64,000 nt of DNA from Amoebidium appalachense (GCA_963693365.1 CAVNZM010000001.1:9130907-9194906), one strand, 5' to 3'; shown: positions 27,593 to 42,533, numbered from the stretch's first letter. Notes: a model not told the origin generated them from the letters alone. Numbers and translations are program-made.

Positions 27593-27787
27593 TTAGCTGA
27601 ACACCCCCCCTCCAATCATACCCCCCCCTTCTCTCTAGTAGTAGCTCCTGGCATGCCGCACCCCCCCAGCAGCGAAACACTGGACTCTCGGGACCGTAGA
27701 GCCGCCGCGAGAGAAAGCATGCACGCGGTCGCGAGAGTGTAAGGAAATGGGCGTGAGGCGAAAGGCGCCGGCAAGTTCATACCAGCC

Positions 27788-27825
27788 CAGGCACCGTCAG
27801 TACGGTGCCTTACTGACGGTGCCTG
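27788..27825. other. Perfect 15-bp inverted repeat with 8-nt loop
   Basis: CAGGCACCGTCAGTA-CGGTGCCT-TACTGACGGTGCCTG. Confidence 0.85.
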
Positions 27826-28597
27826 TAGGGAAGTGCCGTACTTGTGGCATGGGGTTGCACCAGTGAGAGTGCTAAAAATTAGGCTAAAAAGAGACCCAAA
27901 TGATACGAATCAAACCACGCATAACTAAACTCTCGAAGTGCATCTCTCTTTTTATGCGCGCTAGAGTTGTTGAATGCGTCGTTGAGTCTCTTCTGTATAT
28001 CACTGGCCCATAGATTCGGCGAGCACTGGCAACTGGAATTACGCATTACCAGATCGCAGAGATCGACCGGATCGGATTTATTCCGAAGCATGGCGTCACC
28101 GGTACCCAGCACTTTGCCCGCTTCGTTTGCCTACGGTCACTTCACTTCACTGCACTTCGCTTTTTCCGGTGTTGCTTTTGCTTTTTGTGGTTGCCAGTGT
28201 AGCGGCTGTAGCGCATGCTAGCCTAGACGTGCTTGTGAGATGCGTGCGCGCGTGCATGCATGTTTATGTGACGGTCGGTGTGTTTGCACGGCACACCTTT
28301 GCGCATATGCACGTGTCGCGTGCATCGCATGTGGCTACGTTGAGTGTGATGTGGAGAGCGTATGAGTGTATGTGTGTGGGGGGTGTGTATGTGTTGTGGG
28401 TATGTGGGTGTGTGTGTGTTACCCCGGCCATGCGTGTGTGCTCTGTGAGTCCCATATCATGTACTTGCGAGCGTGTACGTGCATTTTGAGTCCGGGCTGA
28501 CGGTATGACCTGACTTCGTGTGCATGCGTGTGTGGTCAAGATCTCTCTGGATTTCAACACCATGAAGCCAAGAGAGAGATGGATGTGCGTGCGTCCG

Positions 28598-28629
<32 letters not shown>

Positions 28630-28725
28630 TGTGTGTGTGTGGAGTTGTGTGTGTGCGTGTGTGTGTGCTTGTGCGCACGCGTGCGTGTGTGTGCTTGTGC
28701 GTGTGCGTGTACGCGCCGTGTGTGG

Positions 28726-28777
<52 letters not shown>

Positions 28778-29006
28778 TGGGAGGGAAAGGAGAGAGAGGC
28801 GGACAGGGAGGGAGGGAAGGGTGGAGGAGAGACATGTAGGGCCGGGAGAGAGGACCTAGGTCCACGGAAGTGCCCCGGGGACCCAAACTCCTATCACTGT
28901 GATGTGCAAGACTTCCCCCGTGCTGCAGCACCATTCCTATAGTGCGGCCAGACGTCATATACATGGCTAGAGGCAGGATGGTGGGGTTGAGTTGGGTTTT
29001 TTTTTT

Positions 29007-29055
<49 letters not shown>

Positions 29056-29604
29056 AGGGGATATATGGGCGGGATTCAAGGACCAAGGGCATCAGCCTGT
29101 TGTCTGTGCGTGTGCGTGAGCGTGTGTGTGTGTGGTGTTTGGGGGGGTTGAGGGTGTGGAGGGGCTATTGTGTCCAGATTTCAAGTGCCCAGTGAGGGTA
29201 CCGATCAATCATAAAAGGAATATGTTCCATTTTTGTTTCCACATGTACATACGGAATACAATCAGTATACAGTACGCATTGCAGCATATCAATATTAAAC
29301 ATGCATTCACAGCACAAATGTTGGCGACGTGTGCACACAAACTCGGTGAATACGAGAAATGTAAGGCCCATAGAATTGTTGCAGATGTGACATGTCGGCA
29401 AGCAGGATATCTCAGAGAACAATGGTACATCCGGAAAACACGAACAAAAAAGGTACCCGTGTGTGTGTGTGTGTGTGTGTCATAATCAGGAAGAACCTTT
29501 TTTGTTCAACATTCACCCACCTACATGTACCAGTGAACTAAAGAAAGAAAAAAGCAGTCAGTGCCATACAAGTAATGAACGGTTGTGCATAAATTTGCGC
29601 GCCT

Positions 29605-29662
<58 letters not shown>

Positions 29663-30342
29663 CCGAAGAGCCATCTCACATTCGCCACTCTGTACAACTT
29701 GAATTCACATTCTACTACTAAGTCACCCTTCTACATACATGAACAGATTATTTCTTTTAAAAAGAAATAAAAAAAAAAAATAAGGGGAAAAAAAAATAAA
29801 GGCCACAAACTCAGAAGCATTAAAAATGAAAAGAAGAAGTTACAGTTACAAAAGTAATCATTATGCCAAGGGGATACGGCCATATCCAGTAGAAAAGTTA
29901 CAGTTACAAAAGTAATCATTATGCCAAGGGGATACGGCCATATCCAGTAGAAGACTTTCGACCAATCAAAAAAGTGCAACTGGCTCCAACCGCTCCAATC
30001 CCGTTGCTAGGGCCTATGCTGAGTTTGTCTCCACAGATTTCGCCACTGCAAAAAAGAATGCAAATTTTAGTGTTAGAACCCCCCCCCCCCCCCCCCCCTC
30101 AGATCTCCTTCGTGAAGTGTACCCCCACCCCCAAATACACATACACACACACGCGCGCACGCACACACACGCACACGCACACACAGACGAGAATAGCAGA
30201 TATCAGAATTGATCATCAATTCTGATGTGTATGCACGCATGTCCGTGTGTACAATATAGCATCACCTGATTGCAACCATAGCGCTGCAAGCTATACTTAT
30301 TTGTGAATGGCTGCTGCCAACCAGGCCTAACTAAACCGCGTA

Positions 30343-30545
30343 CATCAGCACGTTCCAGAAATATCAGCACGTTCCAGAAATACCAGCACGTTCCAGAAAT
30401 AGCACCATGTCCAGAAATGGCACCACGTTCCAAAAATAGCATGCCAAACACAGCACCACGTTCCAGAAATAGCAACGTTTTGGAAATGGAACCACGTTCC
30501 AGAAAAAGTAGCATCACGTTCCACAAATAGCACCACGTTCCATTC
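30343..30545. repeat. Minisatellite, about 19-bp unit AGCACCACGTTCCAGAAAT
   Basis: About 10 consecutive degenerate units, with a further partial copy at about 30662-30690. Confidence 0.9.
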
Positions 30546-30550
30546 CTGCG

Positions 30551-31078
30551 TTACGCGACACCAACCCAGTCACATAAGCCCCACAACAACCCAACCACCA
30601 TACTGTTTTGTAATTGATCAGGGCCACACCACATTTCAACATTTGATGGTATCAAAGTTCTCAAAATAGCACAGTGTTCCAAAAATAGCAACCCACCTCC
30701 AAACAGGGCCAACATCTCCTCCAGGGCCTGTCTCAGCTCCCTCTCGAACGCCTGCGCCGCCTCCTCCACCGGAATGGACAGGGAGCCTCCTGATTGGTCA
30801 AGAGTCACGTGAGCACAATCCTCGCACCATTATTATAGATTCTGGACGCATTGCGCCCCCCCCCCCTCCCCCCCCCCTCCCCCCCCCTCCCCCCCCCACC
30901 CCCTCCAACCCCTATCCCCACACCGGCTTACAGTTGCGAAACTTTACTCCTCCGCTTCGTTGACAACCCCTCCTTCCCCTCCCCCTCCCCCCTCCCTCCC
31001 CCCCCCCCCCCCCCAACCAAAACACACACACACACATCTGAAGATTTGGGATTTCTGCCCTCTCCACTTCCATCGGAA

Positions 31079-31128
<50 letters not shown>

Positions 31129-31256
31129 ACACACACACCCGCCACCACCATCCCCCTTCTCTACACGCAAAAGCCCGCACAGCATTAACATATCAGCTCC
31201 AAAAATCATCACATACACACTAGGTCACCCAAGATGTCAAGATAAGGAAGAGAGGG

Positions 31257-31294
<38 letters not shown>

Positions 31295-31836
31295 ACATCT
31301 GAGTGTGTGGTGTGGGAGGGCGGGGGGGGGGGGGGGGGGGGGGGGGGGAGAGAAGTTTTACGGAAACAGACAGTCAAGACATGGTCGTACATGGGCTGGC
31401 AAAACTTAGGGGGTTTAGAAGATTGCAGTGCATATTATAGTGTATACATTTACGACGGTTAACACCATGGAAAAAAGGTGATGGGGGGTTCTATACCTTT
31501 CTTTGCGCTAATTTGCAGTGCCATGGCATCGTCGTAGAAGAAATATCCACAGCCAAAACCCCCCGGGGTGACCGTCACAAACCCGCCCCCGGTGGTGGCG
31601 TAGGTGTTGGCAAACGTACCAATCATGAACCTGCGTTAAAAATATTGAAACATAAATTAAACATCGTGGCAGGGTGTTTTGTGTGTGGGGGGAGGGGAAA
31701 AGGGAAAAAGAGAATCGGTTGTTCTAGCTGTGTGCTGGAATGACAAGTCATATGGGTTCTTCTTTGAGATAAGGTCAGCGATGATGGAAAACGTAGAAGG
31801 AAGAAATGGGGTGGCCAAGTGTCCTTGTTTGTTCCG

Positions 31837-31870
<34 letters not shown>

Positions 31871-31937
31871 CTTGGGGGGGGGAGGGGGGGGGGGTCTGCC
31901 TGTCCTTGCTTGTTTGGGGGGGGGGGGAGGGGGGAGG

Positions 31938-31972
<35 letters not shown>

Positions 31973-32553
31973 CTCATCCACCGACGAAGAAAGGTATGGA
32001 GTTGGGAAGGTGGATGGGGCGATGATTGGAGGGAGGACGGGAGGGGCACTGTATATGGGAGGGCGATCCATACGAATTTTCAGGACGGAAGAGCAGGGGG
32101 GTGCTTGTTGTGATCAGATCCCAAGGGAGGGTGAAGGCTGGGCCGTTAAATATCTCCCCAGTGTCGGTTTGGGTCATCGCTGCAATAACCTGTAGGTGTG
32201 ATTGGTTGGTTAAAAATTGAATAATTTTTAAAATCAGTTAGCTTTATAGGTGGGTTGTAATGAGTTTGTTGTTGTCGCCAGCAGCAAGCGGTGGGTTCGA
32301 TTTCAGGAGTGGAACATGTGCTCTACTTGGGGAGTGGAACGCGCGCTCTACTTTAGTAAATAGATCATGTGCTCTACTCGTTGGGTGGTTGTGCACCTGG
32401 TTTTTGATGATGTGGAGCATGTGCTCTACTTTTGGAGTGAAGCACAACACAAGACGCAAAGCGCGATGTGTGTGTGCGTAGACTGGTACTGTGTGTGTGT
32501 TTGCGCATGTGCGCACTTCTTCTTTTCTTTCTCTCTTTTTTTCGTTCTTCTCT

Positions 32554-32599
<46 letters not shown>

Positions 32600-32850
32600 T
32601 GGGGGCTAACCCTGAGGCCCACAAGGTGACGGTCGATGGCTTGCCCGAGCATAGCATCTCGGATACGTGCTTGGTGGGCCAGGCAGGAGGTCTGTGTGTG
32701 TGTGTGAGCACGTTTTGTGTTGTAGTGTGCAGTGAGAGACAGAGAGAGCGAGAGAGTCAGAGAGAGATGGGGAGCGAGAGGGGAGAGGGGGGGGAGGGGG
32801 GGGAGGGGGGAAGGGAGGGAGGGAGGGAGGGAGGGCGGGAGGGAGGGACG

Positions 32851-32935
<85 letters not shown>

Positions 32936-33004
32936 GGATGGTGGGATTGCCAACTCCACAGCGCCGAGAAATGAAATGCTACTATGCTTCACTCATATGG
33001 AGAA

Positions 33005-33076
<72 letters not shown>

Positions 33077-33467
33077 GGCGTGTGTGTGCGGGTGGGTGGG
33101 TGGTGGTAGTGGTGGAGGGGGGGGGGGGGGGGGGGGGAGAGGCACATTAAGACACACAATACACAGAACGAATTGTAGGTTGTCTTGACCCCATTTTACA
33201 ACAAGAAGCGATCTCTTGTGCCTGTCTTCCTTCACAGCTTCGTTCGGTTGTGCTGGTTCGTTGGTATGATAGTTGATATAAGTCCTAGTGTATCTGTGTG
33301 TCTCACCATTATGATCTCAGAGAGAAGGGCGTGTCAGGAAGGGGAAGAAGGAAGAGGAGCGCGCACGGGAGGGGGGGGGGGGGGGGGGGGGGGGAGGGGG
33401 GAGGGGATGATTCTTTTAAAGGAGTTCCTTAGAAAACCGTAATGTTGGGGTGTCAGGGCCGGTGTGT

Positions 33468-33525
<58 letters not shown>

Positions 33526-33649
33526 GAGGGGGGGAGGATTTTGCTGAGCATATCAATAAAATCATATTAAAAAAAAAAAAGGATTTTCGTACCTTCAACA
33601 GGTTGACCAGATTTTTCACCTCTTCAGGCGTGCGGGGCGTGTTGGCTTG

Positions 33650-33719
<70 letters not shown>

Positions 33720-34545
33720 AGAGAGAGAGAGAGAGAATGTGTGTGTGTGTCTGGGGGTGTGTCTGTGTGCATGCGTGCTCGCGTGCGTGAACGTGTGTGC
33801 GCGCAGGCACACAAAGGATCGCTTTGTTCGTATCTGCAATCCAGTGGTGTCCACGGAGCAGGGTATATGGATATGTAAACCAACCAAATGGACTTTAGAT
33901 AAGAATCGCTTTGTTCGTATCTGCAATCCAGTGGTGTCCACGGAGCAGGGTATATGGATATGTAAACCAATCAAATGGACTTTAGATAAGGATCCCGCTT
34001 TGTTCGTATCTGCAATCCAGTGGTGTATGTGTCGCGTTTTGCCGGAAAAAATTCTCCCGGTTGGTTGTCATAGAAAGCAGATACCAAACTGTTTCCAACT
34101 CTTAAAAAATGCCCCCCCACCCCCCCCCACCACCACCCATACCTCTCTCCCTTCTCTCTGCCCCTGTCATGCCGGCAAGCAACCAGAAAACAACTCAGAG
34201 AATGAAAACATGCACACACAAACACACACATGCAGAGAGAGAGAGAAGGAGGGAGAGAGAGGGGGGGAGAGAGAGAGAGAGAGAGGGGGGGGGGGGGGGG
34301 AAGCCTCGGCGAGACACAGTGAGAGACACCAGCATCCACATTCCACCATACATTCCACCGCACATTCCATACACTTACGTTCCCATGGCAACGACGAATG
34401 CCTTCGATTCATTGGACATTGACCGATTCGTCTCTGTCCTTCCGAATCGGTATTGGTGCATGGAGACGGGTTGGTATGTGAGAGGGAGGTAGCCCCTCAG
34501 ACGGTAGAATGCAAGATGCATGGCAGCCTGAACAAACCCGTCCGG

Positions 34546-34636
<91 letters not shown>

Positions 34637-35067
34637 AGTGAGGGAGAAAGGGAAGGGGGGGGAGGGAAAGGTATATGAGTGAGTGAGTGAGTGAAGGAGT
34701 GAGTGAGTGTGTGGGTATGTGCGCGAGAGATTGCGGGGGAGAGGGGGGGGGGGGGGGGGGAAGAAGGGGCGGAGGGGAGAGACGGGGGGCACACAAGTAC
34801 ACAGACACAGACACAGACACAGACACAGACACAGACACACGCACACACACACACACACACAGTGAGAGGTCAGTGCGTAGGTATGCATGTGAATTAGAAG
34901 AGAAACATTGTGTAGTTGTGTGTGCGCAGATTTGTGTGTATGTGTGTACGGGCACGTGTGCCTGGGAGTAAAGCGGCTGGCCGGCGGCCGGTGGGCGAGA
35001 CCACGTAAGGCAGTAAAGGGGAATTGTATTTTTTCTTTCTTTCAAGGTCTTCTTTTTTTTTTTTTGT

Positions 35068-35107
<40 letters not shown>

Positions 35108-36083
35108 CTGCTTACCGACACACGGCACTTCTTGAGCGTGTCTTTGCCAATGCCCTTGATGATGGCCAGGTTATAGCCGAATTCTAAGTGGATGGGGATA
35201 ATTGGGATTAGGGGGTGCACAAGCGAATGGATGTTGATCGGATAGGTGATTGGTGGATTGGGAGGTTCGTGGGTTTGTCGGGAATGGTCTCTAAATGTGT
35301 GTGGGGGTACCTTTCCTGGTGTGCCCTGTGTGGCTGGTGGCAGTTTTAACTTATTTTCATTCTATTTTACTAACTCCAATATATATATATATATTGGGGG
35401 GGGGGGGGAGGGGGGAGGAGGGGGGGGGGGGGGGGGGGGGGGGGAGGGATGAATCAGTATTTTAAAACACACAAGAAAGACCGGGGGGAGGGGGGGATAC
35501 GAATGGTAAAACCCTACACACACAGCTTCTGCATTGCAGAACCGTACATGACCACCACAACAGAACACTTATTGTGTGTGTCTGCGCGCGCACATGCGTG
35601 TCTGCTCAGTTGTATGGTCGGAAGCGGAGAGAGAGGAAAGGGGTGGGGAGGGGGGAGGGGGGGGGGAGTTAGAGGGGGGAGGGAGAGAGGGGAGGGGGGA
35701 CGGGGGTTGTGTGTTCATGCGCGCGCGCGCGCGCGTTCGTGTGTGTTCGTGTGTGTTCGTGTGTTCGTGTGTGTGTGAAGGGGGGGAAGGAAGTGGGGGG
35801 AGGGGGGTGGTTTGCAACCTTCCCTCTGAGCCACGAAGCCCTTCTCTGCCTCATTCACCCATGTCTGGATCTCACCTGCATGCCCAAATATGGAAATAAC
35901 CGTCAGCACAGTCGACACTGTCATAGCGACGCACACACAAACACACGTGACACACACGACGAGTTTGTATTATTGGTTTGGATCGACCCCGCTCAATCGG
36001 ATTCCAAATAAGGCAATTGTTCAAATTCGAAAACCCTTAGGGCCAGGTACGTGACCCATACCGGCGCAATTGTGCACAGATCT

Positions 36084-36161
<78 letters not shown>

Positions 36162-36368
36162 ACCACTACCACCATCACCCAAAAGGGCAAAAAAAAAAAA
36201 AAAAAAAAAAATAAACGGAAACGAAAATAAATAATGTAGCATAGGAATTAACATATCATCAACACAAACACAAAACGCCAACATACACGAGCAGAGATGA
36301 AAAGGAAATCAAAGGTGCCCTGTGTTCCTGTACATGCAATCGTGCAGAATGCAACCATGTACATCGAG

Positions 36369-36404
<36 letters not shown>

Positions 36405-37198
36405 TCTTCCCCCCTATCCCTTCCCCTGTCCCCCCCCCCCCCCCCCCCCCCTCCCCCCCTTCTTCCCCCTATCCCTTCCCCTGTCCCCCCCCCCCCCCCC
36501 TCCCTCCCTCCCCCCTCTTCCCCCCTCCGCCCACCTTCCCCTCCAACCCACTGAGCTTCTACACACGTACACACCTTCTCCCTTCTGCCTTCACCCCACA
36601 TCCTTCCCTCAGCACCCAAGCCCCTCGGGTTTAAAAGTGGAGTGTCAAAGCAGAAGAGTGGAGAGAGAATAGGGGGAATCCAACATGTGGCAGACAAACA
36701 TGTTCTTTGCTCATGTGAGGTGGAGGGAAGTCGAGCCTCCGCTGGGGGGGGGGGGGGGGGGGGGGGGAGGGGAGGGGGAGGGCCGAGGTGGGGGGGGGGG
36801 GGGGGGGAGGTGGGGGGAGGGATGGGGCGGGTGGGGAGGGGTGGGGTGAGGTGGGGGGGGGGGGGGGGGGGGGGATACCGTTAGGGTCATCCCAGTGCAA
36901 CAGTTCGGGAGGCTGGGCGTCATCTGTTGGTTGCTGGTTGGCTCTGTGTGTGTGTGTACGTGTGTGTGTGTGTGTCAACGTGTGTGTGTACGAGAGTGCA
37001 TGTGTGTATGCGCATCCGCGCCTGTGTGTACATGTCGAAGTGTGAGTGTGTGTTAGTGTGAGTGTGAGCGTGGTCGCACGCACAGACGAACAACCCCTTT
37101 TCGAGTCTATGTATGTATAGTTCTTCTCTTATTCCTCCCGTTTTGGTGTTTGTGTGTTTGGGGTGGGTGAGTGGGTGGGTGGATGGGTGGATGGGTGG

Positions 37199-37234
<36 letters not shown>

Positions 37235-37365
37235 CTTACAGTGCTTCGAACAGGGGGGGTTTCGATGCGAGTCCTCGCTTAGTCCATTCTTCATTCATGA
37301 TTTTCCACCTATAGGCATACATCGTTCCCTCGTCTACTAGCACCTCCTCCCACCAGTGACCGGTG

Positions 37366-37442
<77 letters not shown>

Positions 37443-37699
37443 GGGGGAGGCAGGGGAGGAGGAAGGGTTAGGGCGTTGCAAACAACGAAAAGCACAAATA
37501 TAAAGTAAAGCCCCCCTCCCCCCTACCCCCTGCTCCCCTTCCCCTCACCATCCCCCAGATTGCTGGTGGTTATAGGGGGTGAGGGGGGGGGGGAGGGGAG
37601 AAAGAGAGCGGGGGGAGGGGGGGGGGAATGAGAGGGAGGGAGGGAGGGAGGGAGGGAGGGAGGGAGGGAGGGGAGGAGGGAGGGAGGGAGGGAGGGAGG

Positions 37700-37754
<55 letters not shown>

Positions 37755-38081
37755 AGGGAGGGAGTGCGGGAGAGATGACGCAAGAGATAGACGGAGAGGG
37801 AGAGGGAGGGGGGGGAGGGGGGAGGGGGCGGAGAGGTACTAACCACGCCATCACAGAAGGAATGCTCGACGTTGATTGCGTTGACTCCGTCATTGTAGAC
37901 ATTAATGTTGATGGATTTGTCGTACCTGTCCAATCAAACACATGGATTAAAAATCATATTTGTATAATGGATACGGATTTGGTTTGGTGTAAAGGTGCTT
38001 GTATGTGGATGACTTTCGGTTATGTTGAATACCTTGTTGGGAGATGATCCCCCCCCCCCCCCCCCCCCACACACACACACA

Positions 38082-38126
<45 letters not shown>

Positions 38127-38497
38127 ACAAACACACACACTCAGGCACACACACAAAGAATTGCACGCTCAAAAAAGCAACGACAGATGAATTGATTGAA
38201 GTAAGGCAGAGTATATGAAACTTGTTAGCATAACAAAAACACACGCTACCCAACTAGAGAGATACACACACCACTATTCGAATACAAGAAAACATGATGC
38301 ACCATTATCTGTCCACCAGAACTACCATAGTTCAAGTGAGTAATCAGGTAAAAGGACGAAAGACCATTCAGCCAATGAAAGGAAACAGATTCAATTAAGG
38401 AAACACCAGACAAAGAAAACAAGAAGGAAACTATATGCGGGTGGATGAGTGTCTGTGTGTGTAGTATGGCGGCGGTGGTGTTCGAAAAATTGTGTGT

Positions 38498-38528
<31 letters not shown>

Positions 38529-39119
38529 GGGGGGGGGGGGAGGGGAAGGGGTAGTGAGGTACCCCGAATCTTTCGACTTTCCAATCATTCTTCACTCTAG
38601 ATAAAACCAGAAAGGGATAACAAAAATTGTGGGTGGGTGGGGGGGTTGGAGGGGGGCAAGGTCGAGAGGAGTAGGATGATGTTAAAGAGTTTATAGTACA
38701 CACGACGGGCAACACTATTCCCCCCCCCTCCCCCCCCCCCCCCTCCTCCCCCCGCGCGCCCCCTGCCCTCTCTCTCCCCCAATTTCTTTTCTTCTTTCCT
38801 CATTCTTTTTTTGTCTTTTTATTTTTTGAGGGGGCAGGTTGGGTGGGTGGATGGGGGTGAGAACAGACAGAGAGGGCGACAAGGGGGGGGAGGGGGGAGG
38901 GGGGGGGAGGGGGGGGGAGGGGGGAGGGGGGAATATACCATCTGTCATTGGCCATGTTGTGTAGTCCGTCGTGTGCATACTGGGTGGGGGAATTTGGGGT
39001 TGGGCCTGTGTGGAGGGCCAAAAGGAAGAGGGAGGACTCGATGGTACTGATGTGGCTGGCATTGGTGCTGTGTGTGTGTATGTGTACGTGTAGGTGTGTG
39101 TGTGTGTAGGTGTGTGTGC

Positions 39120-39161
<42 letters not shown>

Positions 39162-39464
39162 TGTGTGTGTGTGCGTGTGTGTGTGCGTGTGTGTGGATGT
39201 GCGGGTACGCTATGTGTGCGTGTACGTGTACGCACAGGAACGCGCGTGTGTTTGCGTGCATGTGTGTATCAGTATTTATGCATCATAATGCGGATACTGT
39301 GTGTCATGGAGGAGGGGGAGAGGGGGGGGGGGGGGGGGGGGGAGGGGGAAGGAGGGACGAGAGAGGGGGAGAATGAGGCATGCATTAGAGAGTTACAATT
39401 TTGCAGGCGGAGACATCAAACGACAAAACACAAAGCTTAGAAAAAAATCTAAAAGCCAGCCCCT

Positions 39465-39498
<34 letters not shown>

Positions 39499-39511
39499 AC
39501 CACCACCACCA

Positions 39512-39549
<38 letters not shown>

Positions 39550-41057
39550 AAAGGCAAGAAACACTTGTGCAGAGCCCATCATCAGAGGGGTTCTGATGCC
39601 TCCACAAAAAGAAGGGAAAAGGCCGGGGGGGGGGGGGGGGGGGGGGGGGAAGGGGTAAGTACTCTGACGAGCGAATGATCTTTTCTCTCTTGTCGGCCCA
39701 CTCAGCTCTCGGCAGCGTGGTGAGGGCGCCCACATTCCTCACAGTCCTCGCATTCTTTGCACTCTGATTGGCTGATCCCTTGGTCTCCCAGTCAATGATT
39801 TGCTGCACCTGATCCTGAAGCTGTGCCTTGGTGAATGTCTTGCCTGACCTGTAGCCAATGAAATCGCGTGGATGAGGTTTGTCAGTGACATGCCTAAAAC
39901 CAATTAGATATAAAGCCTAGCACAATATGCAGAAAAATAGCAGCATATAAAACCAAACAAAAAACCAAAAAAAAGATTGGTGAGTGTCTTGCCTGACCTG
40001 TGGCCAATGAAATTGCACGAGGGGGGTTTGTCAGTGAGATGCCTGGAAACCAATTACCAAACCTAGCATAATATGCGGAAAAATAGCAGCATAAAAAATT
40101 CAAAAAAAAAAAAAAAAAAAAAAAAAGCATTGGTGAATATCTTGCCTGACCTGTGGCCAATGAAATTGCACGAATGGGCTTATGTCAGTACTTTGTGTGA
40201 TAAAATGCCATGCCAAACCCCAATAATGAAGACTAATGGGTTTAACATGGGAAACAAATTGCAGAACATAAAGTCCTAAAAAAAATTCAACGGACTTATG
40301 TATTCCGAAATCCACACACAATATCTCCCCCCCCCCCCCCCCTCTTCCGGGCACTCCTCTTGCCCTACAACACACACGCATGCACACATGCACACACACA
40401 CACACACACATTCACGCACACATTTACAGCTAGGTACAGAATTCGTTTAAACGGGGGGGGGGGGGGGGGGGGGGGGGGGAAGGGCGCTCCGCCGCTGGGG
40501 GGGGGGGGGGGTCGTACTTTCCGATAACCTGCAGTCTGTAAATATTTCCGTTGCAGGCCACAGCCACATGCTGGCACCGTTTGCTCTGCACGATCACATC
40601 CTCCTGTTTTGATTGGTCGGAAATCAGCAGGGGTAAAACGAAAGATGAAATCATGCAAACACACGAATGAGAATTTTAGAACCCTGGTTTCTTTGATCTC
40701 GGGTAGTAAGAGTACAGGGACAGGCCGGGGTGGGTGGGTGGGTTGGGGGGAGGGAGGGAGGGGGGGGGGGGGGGGGGGGAGGGGGGGAGGGGGGGAGGGG
40801 GAGAGATAAGTGGGGGCAGGATTGACATTGAGAAGAATGGCGGGATGGCTTTGTGAGATGTGTGTGTTTGGGGGACGGAGGCGGGGAAGAGGGGGGGGGG
40901 GGGAAGGATAAGCACAGGCAAGACTTTTAGGAACCCATTTCGGCAATAAGGAAAAAAGAAAAGGGTCCGGCAGATGGGGTGGTCGTGGTTGGTGGTTCCA
41001 GGGGGAAGAAGAAGGGGGGAGGGGGGGGGGGGGGGGGGGGGGGGAGGGGGGGGGGGG

Positions 41058-41096
<39 letters not shown>

Positions 41097-41940
41097 AAGG
41101 GGGGAAGGGGGGGGAGGGGGGGGAAATATAATATCTGACCTCTTTTCCAGGCAGACGTGTAGTGCCGAGAATGAGCTCATACCCGTACATGCACACAGGT
41201 AGAACCCCCCTCCACGCATGGGCTTGAGCCTATGGAACCCCCCATAATGTGGTTAAATTACGACACTGAATGCAAACGGAGTGGCATATTCCCCCCCATC
41301 CCCCCCCCCCCCCCCCCCCCTCTCCCCCCTGTCAAAAAGCCTCGATGTATATGACCGTGTATAACTGCTTGTTACAACACTGCAAGCCCTCTGATTCTCA
41401 AATTTTTCACTTGCCCCCCCCCCCCCCCCCCCCTTCCCCCCCCCCCCCAAAAAAAACTCTCATGATTCTATATGCCCCGATTAGATTGCTAACATTCACA
41501 TTCTTTGCTATATAAAGCCGATTATAATATAGTCGAATCCAAATACATTCAAGTATGGCAAACCTTCACACAAATACCCGATGATACACGACATAGGGCG
41601 TGCTAATACATGGCGTTGCGTTTATATAAAGACGTAACATACGGCATATGTGAATGACGATATTATGATGAAGGGGAGACGTGAGTGCATTTGAGGTTGG
41701 GGTTTGGGAGTGGAAAAAGGGAGCATATTCTTTCCCTTGCCCCTCATTCTCCCCCCCCCCCCCCCCCCTCCCCCTTCACCCTTCCTCCCTCCCCCCTCCC
41801 CCCACCCCCTGCCGAAAAATGAAAAATAAAAATAAATAAAAAGAGAAAGAGAGCGAAAGAAAACGTTCTCTATTTCTTTTCTTTTCTTTTCTTTTCTTTT
41901 TCTTTCTTTCTTTCTTTCTTTCTTTCTTTTTTTTTTTTTT

Positions 41941-41999
<59 letters not shown>

Positions 42000-42274
42000 A
42001 TAGAAAGTGAACTTGAATGAGAGGTGGGTGAAGATGTAACTGGAAAGCCGGGGGGAGGAGGGCCGGGGGGAGGGGGGGATTCTTACGTTCCGTCATCGAT
42101 CTCTTTTTGAATGCGGAGGGCAGCGATGATCAGAGTAGCAACACGCTCAGTCTGGGAGGGAGGGGGGGGGGGGGGGGGGGGGGGGGACGGGGGAATGTTA
42201 GCAATGGCTTTATGGAACATTGTGTATGCGTATGTGCGTGTGTGCGCGGGGGCGTGTGCGAGTGTGTGTGTGTG

Positions 42275-42339
<65 letters not shown>

Positions 42340-42494
42340 ATGCGCGTCGCTGGGTTGCCTGGAGATATGGGGAAAGGCTGCAACTGTCGGGATTGTTTTG
42401 TGTTCTGATGGTAATGGGAGTTGTGTGTGTATGTTATCTTATTCGTTCATTTTTATTTATATATTTATTTATATTTTATTGATCTATTTATTGA

Positions 42495-42533
<39 letters not shown>

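Noticed and set aside
16626-28875. Shared CACGGAAGTGCCC at 16626 and 28863 as transposon termini
   Set aside because: Only 13 bp, in direct orientation, with no TSD or extended similarity.
30343-30545. CRISPR-like array
   Set aside because: Units are contiguous with no unique spacers, there are no cas genes, and the context is eukaryotic.
35877-36878. Possible U12 GT-AG intron (donor GTATCCCC) in the CPT1-like gene
   Set aside because: The donor lacks the TT at +7/+8 and no TCCTTAAC branch point lies near the acceptor.
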